A stretch of 64,000 bases of DNA from Pocillopora verrucosa (taxonomy: Eukaryota). Below the pieces are notes generated by a model. The model was not told the DNA's origin, made no database searches, and saw nothing but the letters and a program-made list of their open reading frames with translations. Shown one piece after another: positions 54,153 through 64,000 of the stretch. Numbering within the stretch: position 1 is the stretch's first letter; every line of letters begins with the position of its first letter. The DNA is taken from NCBI RefSeq assembly GCF_036669915.1, contig NC_089320.1, positions 15,915,874 to 15,979,873 of the forward strand, read 5' to 3'. The position numbers were made by a program, and so were the translations under genes.

Positions 54153-55985
54153 AAGTGGAAAAAAAAAACTTGTTAGTGAAATTAAAAGCCCATTGTTCCA
54201 TTTTTTTTAAGCTCCGCACAGATCCTTTTATTTTCGTAAACGGATAATATCCACATAATTTTTTTCTATTGGCAGTTGCGATTATTTTGGTTTTAGTTTG
54301 ACGACATCCAGTCAAGTTGCGCTTCAGTGCATGGAATTTCTAAGATAACATTCCAAAATTAACAGGAGTCTTTATTAGAAATTGTAGTTGAATCTCTGAG
54401 ATGTGACGGACTCGCTTTTAAATTTGTCCAAGATTAATCCGGGGAAAGTAATGTAATTGGGACTTAGAGTTGAAACTCCAAAACATAATGAATTTATATT
54501 TTAGTTTGGTCAAGATATGTGAAAGGCCTTTTTGAGTTTCAACCTGGTAAGTAAATGAGAACAATATGATGATGTGTGGTTCTAAAAGAACATTTTAATC
54601 TCTGAAATATTAATTGATACAGGGGTATTACTAAGCAAAATAATAATTGAGATTAAATAATAAAATAAAATAATACTGAGGAAAATAATGATTGAGATTA
54701 TATAAGGCATCTTATAAAGTCTAAATGATTACATGATTTTAATTTTATATTATTGTAAGAGGTTCAAAATCTTCATAATTTTCTGAATATGGCTACTTTT
54801 GTTAACTTGTTCGTCTTGCCATCATGACAACGGGGTAACCATATATCAACAAAAAAGGCAAAAATAAAATTCTATTTAATAAACAAGTATAAGCGTGTGG
54901 ATTGTAATCTTTTATATGATTGGCTGAATCGTGCGCGCAATTTGATTGTGTCTTATGATTTATTGTATGGGACAGAGGCAAAGATGACGTTACCATAAAT
55001 AACATTTTGCCTTTATCTTATAGAAAAATAGTTTCCACGTTGCCGTGTCTTTACAGTAATAGATCACAGAAGACTTCAAATCAGTGACACACTCGGCCAA
55101 CCCTCGTGTGCCTCTTTTTTTTTACCACAATTTTACGTCATCTGTGATTTATTACTGAACAGAAGCACAACAACATGGGATCTATATGGTAAATAGCAAA
55201 ATTTCATAGAAGTCTATTACATGTGGCATGTAGCTGTCACAAAAAAATTGCTTTCTTCATGAGGCTAATGGTTGGAATTGACTAACAAATTTAAGAGTTG
55301 GTTGAGTGTTGTCCGTTATTTTCCGAGCGTTTTCCTTTTTGTAATAAATTCCCATATGTTTATGTGAATTAACTAAACAAGGCGGATAAATTTGGTTGAT
55401 TATTAGATTCTCTTTACGTGTAGACTGGTCTCATTGGCCTGTTTTCGGTTGTCCTCACTCATTCCCGGCTTCGTCCATGCGTCTTAAGCACTCATTAAAA
55501 CACATGGGAAACCATTAGGTAAAAGTACGTTACTGTCGTGTCAGCCGGCGGGAAACTAGCCTGTAAACTGGCTCCCTATTCCAAGTTCGTGCGAAGCGGG
55601 GAGAAAGAGAGCGAGGAGGGGATGAGGGTAGGGAGGACGACGCTGCCTTACCCTTAATCCCCTCTTCCGCTTACTGATTGATTCGCAGCCAGTTGCTCTC
55701 ATCGTTGGCAACCGAACCTTATCATTTGACTATCGTCAAACTGGCCCAGAATGAAAAGGAATTGATTGGCGCCCTCCTCAGCGTTTATTGGAACCCAGAA
55801 ATGACTTTGTTTTGAGTTGCCTTTGTACAAAGATCACAACTTTTCTTAAATAACACTTAATAAACGGATTCATGATTTAAAACGAATGTTAGAGTGCCAC
55901 TGAGAGTGCGAGAGAAAAGATAGATGAAAAGATCGGGAGGGGGGGGGGCGGGGAGCTTATAGGAGAACTCGTTACCAACAGATGA

Positions 55986-56060
55986 TTTCGTAGCTTAGTT
56001 GTTAGTAACAAATCTCCAGCAGGCACGGGGTTGAGCCCCGTTGAACTCTGAATTTTTTCT
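55986..56060 (+). repeat. Second copy of the tRNA-derived element family
   Basis: 'GTAGCTTAGTTGTTAGTAACAAATCTCCAGCAGGCACGGGGTTGAGCCCCGTTGAACTCTGAATTTTTTCTCAGG' is homologous to 39381-39470, including the trailing 'CTGAATTTTTT.TCAGG'. Confidence 0.45.
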
Positions 56061-56515
56061 CAGGCTTCAGTTTTGCGTTTTCTTCGGATCAATTGCAGTT
56101 AGCCCATGATGATCCATTTTTCATTCTTGAGCAGCACACATCACCATCAGTTGAGATTTTTCTTCCATTTTATAGAGTCATTTTGAAATTATTACTTTTC
56201 CTCTACGTACAGTGCTAATACACTCCCATTCAAAATACTCACTTGTTTTCACAACATTAAGCTTCCATATTCAAAAATAAATATTTAACGTTTTGCTGCT
56301 GCTTCGTGAAACGAACATATATACATTAACATTTACATCAACTTCCTTTCGAGTTTCCTAGGCAAACACAATGTGTGTCTCGGGTTTGTCAGTTAAAATT
56401 ACATTCAGTTCTATCTTGCCCTCTCATGAACAACACAATTTACTCTCTGCATTATTCGGAAAAATGAACCAAGATGATAATTTCACGTGTTTGTGTCACA
56501 ATGAACTGTTTAGTT

Positions 56516-57316
56516 CTACTTGCTAAAAAGACGCGACAAAGCGAGCTGTTTTCGTAGATCGTCAACATGCTTTTCTTTGCTTGTAAGTCTCTTGTGTATT
56601 TCTTGAATTACCATTTTTCTTTCTTCGCTTATTCGTTTCTCGTGGCCGGCTTCCTGGCGAAGCTTGTCGACAACAACTTCAAGACGTGTGAGATTGGCGA
56701 CTGCGATGTTTCTCTCGTTTCGCAACTTCTCTGTCTCGTTGAGAATTTTTGCTTTGCTCTGAACTTTCTCCAACTCCTTTGCGTCTTTTACTTCTTTAAC
56801 CTTGTTGCGAAGTTTCAATTTCAGTTCATCGACGGCCAGTTCTGCCACAGACTTGTTGTTGATTGCTTCAGCTCGGTCGTACGACATTTTATGAATTGAT
56901 TCTTTCAGTCTTTTCAATTCCTCGTCTTTTCCGCGGATAACCTGTCCCCAGTTTTCAGGGAACGGAAGCTGAGAAATTTGGGCCTTTAGTTCTTCGTTTT
57001 CCTGGGAAAGAACAAGAAGTTTCGATTTCGTTTGCAGAAGTTCATCTCGTAACTGTTGACCCTCGTGCCTTAAAGCACCATTTTCTTCCCTTATCTCCAG
57101 GTACGCTTTGTAGATGATTTCGTAGTCTTTAGCTTTCGGTCGCTTTGGGGCTCTTTTGATCGGTTCCTCGACTGCGTAAATACCGTTTCTTGTAAACGTT
57201 CCTTTTGTTGGAGCGATAAAAATGTGACTGGTTCTCCGTGAGCCTGCAACGGCTGGTGTTAATCCAGTAAATCTAGAAGGCGCAGAAACTCTGAACTCCA
57301 TGTTAGCAAATGCCAT
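56516..57316 (-). CDS. Hypothetical single-exon coiled-coil protein (266 aa)
   Basis: Uninterrupted minus-strand ORF. The charged heptad-like stretch E/K/L-rich 'ELKAQISQL..KDEELKRLKESIHK..LKLKLRNKVKEVKDAKELEKVQSKAKILNETEKLRNE' covers most of the length. No named family recognised. Confidence 0.4.
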   Translation of the reverse strand: MAFANMEFRVSAPSRFTGLTPAVAGSRRTSHIFIAPTKGTFTRNGIYAVEEPIKRAPKRPKAKDYEIIYKAYLEIREENGALRHEGQQLRDELLQTKSKLLVLSQENEELKAQISQLPFPENWGQVIRGKDEELKRLKESIHKMSYDRAEAINNKSVAELAVDELKLKLRNKVKEVKDAKELEKVQSKAKILNETEKLRNERNIAVANLTRLEVVVDKLRQEAGHEKRISEERKMVIQEIHKRLTSKEKHVDDLRKQLALSRLFSK

Positions 57317-60300
57317 ACCTTACCACTTTACTTCTATTAAATTGTAAACAAACAAGCGCCCTTAATTACTCTCTGCATAAATCCGTCTTCCCGACAGTTA
57401 ATAAAATTTCCTTTCTTTTACAGAAGTTCAAGGTCAAATTACTGCAATCAAGGTATTAACTTTGCCATTGTGACGTGTGTGTGCAATTCATCACTAACTG
57501 TTCAAAATAGAACTGCAAATAAAAGATCAATAAACTTGGCAATTAATTACGTACCCTTATAGATACCAATTTTAGAAGAGGTTTATTGGGCATCCACGTG
57601 GAAAAATGGGTTTTTGTGCTGGGCTGTCTTAATGGATAACTTTGGATAGCTTTCAAAGTCGAGCTCATAAGTGGAAATGTAACTTATAGCCCAAATATGA
57701 TTTGTTTCAAAGCGGCCAGGAAATATAAAGCAATCTCCTGCCAACCTGTAATTCAGCCCATTGTTCCCTACAAAGCGGCGGTCTCTTCACGAAATGAGAC
57801 TTCATTTGAATTCGAAGTTTCCAGAATTTAATAAACAAACAGCACAACAACCATTTTCGCGTACTGTAAAGCCGAACACAAAAGCTTGTCAAAATCTGGC
57901 AAATTTCTCAACCAGTATTTTTTTGGCAACTTTCTCAACTACCTTTAAAACTAATTATAATCAAAGAAAAACTCAGAATTTCATCGGCAATTTAGTGTAA
58001 TGATTTTTCAACAAAAAGTAGCATCGATTTGATTTAACGATTTCTTTGATTAGCTGATTGTTTTACGGCGTCAAGAACTATAATTTCTCCTATCTCTTTT
58101 CGGTTGACGGTGCGAGAGTCAGTAAGGCCCTGAACACACTAATACGAAAATTGTAAGAAAAGGTTCCGACCAGTTAAGAAAAACCGGGGAAGGCGTGTTA
58201 GTCAGGAGCAAGAGAATATAATATTTTGTCAGGAGCGAATAACGACCCGTGGTTTTTTCATACTATGCCAAAACATTGACAGTTACAGCAGAGAAATCAG
58301 TGAACTTTCACCTACAAAGATAAGAAAATCCGTAAATCACGTTTCTTCGAGCGTACGTGAATAAAATCTTGATCACGTTTTCTAGTTTTGTATTGTTTAA
58401 TCCTCGTTTGTCCAGAAGACAATAAAAGTATTAAGTTGGGTCATTGTTAAACACAGGAAGCATCACGTTCAAGCATTCTCGATTTAAAAATGGATTAATC
58501 CTGTTAGCGCTTGTTTACACGTTCGACCTGATACGCAAGAGAGTTACTCAAGCGCAATAAAGTAATGCACTCCTCATTATTTTGTGCTGCCACTCGGTTA
58601 CAAGTATAAAGAAAAATGTATGTTTGAGACTTAATCACTTTATTTATTTAAGTGATCTGCACACTTGGTATAACGACTAGTTTTCAGCTACGCCACTGCG
58701 AGTATGGTTTAATGAAAATTAAATGAAAACATTAAAATAAAGAATCCTCGCGAGGAGTCAGATACGTTCTCGTTTCACGCGCGTGACATATGAAGTGGAC
58801 ATTCTCGTTATTTCCACATTATCGGCAAGTTCGTTTAGATTACTTTGGTTCTTAGTTGGTGCCCGTTGCTTCGACGAATGGCAAAATGCTCATAACGTTT
58901 ATAAAAACATTGAAGTGAGAGAACACTAGAGAAAAGTAACACCGAATCGACGGCGTGTCTTCACGCATTTTCTCGTGTTTTCCCGCGCAAAACAAAAACT
59001 CGCGTTTAGACCTGTGACCCAGTGTGGGACATGACATGAGTATATTGCCCTGCCCACTCTAAATTTAAGGCTCTCTCTCTCACTCTCTTGATTTGGTATT
59101 GTATAAAGATAAATCTCTGAAAGAGATAACTGTCTATTTCTAGGGTTGACTGAGAACTTCCAACAACCTTTCAAATAAGGAAGATGATAAATTTTGAGTT
59201 AAGTAAAGTGGTTGGGAGAGAGAGAGAGAGGTGTTTATTCGTCTTGTCTCTTTTTTATTCTGTTCGCGAATATGACGCTTTCGATATTGTTTATCGCAAC
59301 TGTGTGCAAGACGCGTGACTCATTTAGACCTTGTCATGGCAGAGCTCATCGTGGGGTGTCTGTGACACCTCAAGGTGCACCTTAACTTTACTTCACAGTT
59401 TCAACCTTATCAAAAAAATACCTTACGCATGACAGTAACAGTTATTTGTATCGTGAAATAGGTTTTGGTTAGTCATCGTGGTAAAAGGCACTTTCAAAAG
59501 AGAAATGTAATCGTTTGTCTTACGATGTAGTCACTTTGGACTAGCGACGTATCATACTGTTAGTCGCCTTCAGCTGATGATGCTGAAAATTATTAATATA
59601 TGGAACTATTTAATCCAGAGTTAGAGGAAAAGATCCTCAGGTATCGCTGAATAGGAGGTAAACCTTCTAATGATGGTAGATCAGTTGTAAATCTTTTGTG
59701 GTAAACATCTAAATATGAGATATAGAGGAGACGCGAATAAGGGGCGTTAGTATCAAGTAAACAGCTAAATTCAATTCCTATGGAAATAGAAAATACAGTA
59801 AAAAAAACCTTTTTTCGGCTCAAGATGGCGTGATAAATATGAAATGTCGAGCAGTAATAGTGGAGCAAAAGCAAATTTCACCGGCACAACCATTCACGAG
59901 GAAATATGCTCTTTCAGAGTGGATATGCCAAAACTATTTGCGAGTAAGACTGACACGTGTCATTTCAGGTTGTGCAGTGGGAGGAGAGCGCTCTTACCAC
60001 TGTGCATCCCTTTTCAGCTCACTGCACTCATTTATGAGTAATTCGCACATAAATTTAAAGGTAAGGGTGATGCTATGGTAACCTTTTGTCAGGAAATGGT
60101 CATAAAATAGTGAGGAGTGATTGAATACGTTTTTGGTACCATGCTCTAGGAACACTCAAAAGTTTAGATAGAAAAATCCATCTAAGAATTGGTGTTTAAA
60201 AATAACGAAACTATATTAAACCAACTTAAATTTAAACCAATTGGATTAAATGACTAAAGTACTTTGATAATTCAACTCTAAAAACAGTAGGTTGTGTAGG

Positions 60301-63300
60301 TTACATATAGATTGTGAGTTTTTCCCTCCCCCACCCTCCACTCAACATTAAATCTTGAAGCTTATTTTAAGACAGCGGTTGCAAGTACTTAAGGCCAGAT
60401 GGCCGGAACCTTTTCTCTAATAGTCATAACGGAGCTTTCATCACCCTAAGTTATAAATTCTTCTTGTGGCAAACATTCTTTCAATTATTTATTCTAGGAC
60501 ACCATCGGTTTCGACTTAGCTGGCTTCTGCGGACCTCGACAAGATTGATATTGACTGAATCACGAAAAACGATTCAAAGTTTATTTTTGTCAATCAAAGC
60601 TACGAAGTATTATAACACATTTCTGACATCTTCCCTTTCAAAAAGAAAAGGGAAGATGTTGTCAGAAATGACAAAATTTATTTTTTTCAGTTTCATTTTA
60701 TCTGAGTTCTATACCTAATATTTCTACGATAGTATTTGCTCCTTTCGAAATCTACTAAGTTGAAATCAGCCATCAGCTGGCCTTCCCATTTAGTTATTGA
60801 ATTTAACGATATTAACCGAAGAGCTATTCGATGCTTTTCGGTACGCCTTTCAAAGTCGGAAAAACTCATTTGAATTACAAATAATTTTTACAAGTTAATG
60901 TTCATATTTGCGATCGGTCTCGCACGTGGAAAGAGCGTAAGAAGTTCGAGAGATTTCAGCGTCTTTTGCAGCTTCTCTGGGGCCACAAAACACATCATTT
61001 CCACTGTTATACCTTTAGATATGGTCTGTTCAGTGTCAAGTCCAGCTTGTGTCTCTTTCTTCGCTCGAAGTTGCTGCGTAGGGTGGCTCAAATTCGATGA
61101 CGAGGATTGATGAATGCCATTTTGTCTCGAATTTTCCTGAGGTAAGTAACTAAGTGTAAATGCATATTGAATAGAAATACAGTGCCTCGCCGTTTCCCTT
61201 GAAAATCAGTTTAAATTGTAGAGTACGATACAAAAAGGAAAAGCATACTATACATGGTACAGAATAAGACTACTCCCCAAATGCAGCCGCCATGACGGTT
61301 CTTATTGCGCCATGTGACTCTTTGATTAACAGTGAGAAATTTTTAACATAAAGGTTAGGTTATTGATAGTTTGTTTAGTTATTCATCATTTTTTTATTTC
61401 TACATTTGTTCTTATTCTACGCGATGCAATCACTTATGCTCACAGTATGTCAAAATTATATTTTCCTTAAACGCGCACATCGCTTCCCTGACACGCAAGG
61501 TTAAAACCCTGGCTGGGTCATTGTTTTATGTACTTAGGCGAGAAAATTCAACTCCATAACGTCTCTCTCGACCCATGAATATAAATAATCTAAATAGGTA
61601 CCCGTGAACTGTCGGAGAAATCTGTTAAAATACTTAAGGGGGCTCAGCTCGTCCAGGGAAGAAGCGGAGGCTCCTAAAATCTTCATATCACAGATACCAG
61701 AATATGCTTCGGTAGCAGCCATGGGTGTTAGAATTAGTTTCGTGTGCATAGATTAGATTTTATCTCGGATCACCTTCAAAGGATTTCGAAGGTAATGTAA
61801 CTTCATTGTATTAGAATGGTAACTCTTGTGAACTCTTTTCGATTCTTTCGACATCAAGACATCTAGACATCCTTTTTTATCATTCGCAGCAACCTGAAGT
61901 ACATGTACTTACATAGAGAAGGGTACAATCCCGTTCGAAATCGATTTAAACTGTGTTTTGTGTTTTGGTTCCTTCTTCAGCACAACGTCAAGCATAGAAT
62001 GAATAGAAATAAGAAATTCAAGGAAGGAAATGATAGAAACTGGGCAACTTTTTCTATGTTTGGTAATTAAATTTTTTAAAGTGAATTAGGCGCTTGTATG
62101 TCTGATTTGCTATGAACGCTTAAATCCTTTCATCAATATTCTCTTTACTGTCTTTCAAACAAATCTTATGTCGTTAGTTTGGAGAATTTGGTGCTAACTA
62201 ATGATCTTCTTGTTGATACTGTTCTGTATTCTCATCACTTGTCTGCTTGATATTGTATCAATATTGTATGGGGAAATTCTGTCTCGGTCACTCGTGGGAG
62301 TTTGAGGCATAAACCTGGATTTAATGGACTGAAATACAAAAACTAGTTGGGTTCTAAAACAAAAAATTGATCGAATCTCTTGGCCTACAGCGCTTTTGGT
62401 TTGAGGAATCAATTGCTTTGTTTCTGTTGATAGCAAAACACTGGTGTCAAAGAAATAACTAATGGTTATCATGCATGAAAGTCCACTTGACCTACCTAAT
62501 GTAGCGACAGTTTAGCCTGTCAAATATTCCCTTAATTTCGATATCTTTTCAGAGAATACTAATCTCGAAAAGGGGTTAGAAAAAGAAATACTTATTGAAA
62601 AATGGTATACCTTAAACTATTATTACCAGGGGATTATCTGATAAAAAAGATTATCCGTTGTGTTTTTCTTTTCGAATCCGAAAAAAAGATACTTTTTTTA
62701 GTTAATACGAGTGCTTATCTAAAAGAGGGTATGTATATTTTTTCCTCCCAAGGTAGTGTCAAGCACAGAATGAAAATAAAAACCTAGAAATCAGGAGATA
62801 CAAGGGAGGAAAAAAAACCATAGAAGCATCCAGAAAGGTTTGTTTTTCAGTTAGTAACCACTGACTACTTGTAACTATTTATAGCTTGCAAGGCTGGTTT
62901 CCGAAACTTTGATTTTGCTTACGTTTCGATGACTTATGCGGAAGTCTGCGTAGACTTAAGTGTGTGTCATTCTATTGTTACAAGCCCATTGGGATATTTC
63001 GTCAGACCACGAACAACACTGAGGATCGAACTTTGGAGATTACCGACCTATAGCGACATACTGGTAAACCGGGACTTTTAAAGACTTACCATTGGTAAAT
63101 TTGAAACTGAATTGGCGAGGCGCGCGCCACATAATAGAGAAAATGGCCTAAAAATCACCACAGGGGTGCATTTTTTTCTTGTTTTCACCAAAATCGCTTT
63201 GAATAAACCCCTTTTACCATATGGCCTTTGAAGAAGAGAGATTATGGAGGCCCCCTGTACCTTTGCTGTTACTTTAGGACGTCTAGAAGACATATCAAAT

Positions 63301-64000
63301 CGAGTATGAAAACTAGCTTCTTTACATATTGCTAGTATGAGAAACAGCCCTTTGCCTACTTATGGACGTAATTTTGTGAAGGGGAAATTTCTTTTGTTTT
63401 TTTACCATATGGTTATTTTAACTTAATTGTTGGGGAAACCTTATGGAAAATTTTGGGTTCGAGATTGCATAGAGTGGAAGTCATATCAAATCGTGATTTT
63501 CTGGAAATGTCGCTTATTGCATCGGCTCTTCCGCTAAATTTGTCTTCCACGGATTCCGGTGGGACCTTTACAAAAAGGAATTAACGACAGGTTTTGTGTT
63601 GAAAAACAAAAAATTATGTTGTAGTTTTGACCAATCATTGCCACAATCCCGCAAGTATCCTCCACCAGGATGATGATAATACTTCATTCCTGTTTCTTTA
63701 TTTATAAACTACTAACATGTTGTCATTGCTGTTATTTTCCTATAGAGAAGAAAAAGCGGGCATACAACAAGCTTCCTTCAGCCCAGAAAGAAAAAATAAA
63801 AGCAATATTCTTTATCACGGATAGGTTTTCTATTTCATGGGAGGTCTACCATGAGCCGACACAGCAAGATGAATCACTTGCAAGAACCTTCTTGGTGGAA
63901 GGATGTAAAGCAGTTTTAGACTCCAGATGTAACATTCAAAAAACATCAGAGAATCGGCCAGGAGCTGAGTTGCCACTTGAAGACCTACTTAATCAAAGAA

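Noticed and set aside
1-64000. Search for prokaryotic-style systems (operons, CRISPR arrays, defence islands, integrons)
   Set aside because: The window is clearly eukaryotic. It has spliceosomal GT-AG introns with consistent phases, 7TM GPCRs, PAQR genes, a PARP4-type multidomain gene and Pol III tRNA-like elements. There are no direct-repeat/spacer arrays and no dense co-directional short genes.

Overview
This window is eukaryotic (metazoan) nuclear DNA, not a prokaryotic accessory region. It is AT-rich (visually about 37-40% GC), has many short GT..AG introns, and the flanking genes are intronless. I found no prokaryotic operons, CRISPR arrays or defence systems. Contents, in order: (1) Positions 1-12.5 kb hold a segmental tandem array of three roughly 3.3-4.8 kb units. 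Each unit carries an intronless rhodopsin-like (class A) GPCR gene; two are intact and the third is a recent pseudogene with a 4-nt and a 1-nt deletion. (2) A single-exon Ser/Pro-rich ORF lies on the minus strand at 13.4-14.3 kb. (3) A roughly 38.7 kb gene on the plus strand (15453-54152) encodes a vault-PARP (PARP4)-like protein. I resolved 39 phase-consistent coding exons. They give the PARP4-specific domain order BRCT, PARP regulatory, PARP catalytic, VIT, vWA, a large Pro-rich exon and a C-terminal region. (4) Two intronless membrane-progestin-receptor-like PAQR genes sit on the same strand inside the 8.1 kb intron 22 of that gene. The second has a frameshift. (5) The PARP4-like introns also hold a TIR DNA-transposon remnant flanked by TTAA (or TA), a palindromic MITE plus a solo half-copy, tRNA-derived Pol III-type elements, a roughly 1.65 kb intragenic tandem repeat (about 2.5 copies) that duplicates a pair of symmetric phase-1 exons, minisatellites, microsatellites and a G18 homopolymer. 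(6) A single-exon coiled-coil ORF lies on the minus strand at 56.5-57.3 kb. The taxon cannot be determined from the sequence; an invertebrate is a weak guess. The PARP4 and PAQR identifications rest on motif-level similarity to human PARP4 and mPR (PAQR7) recalled from memory, not on a database search.
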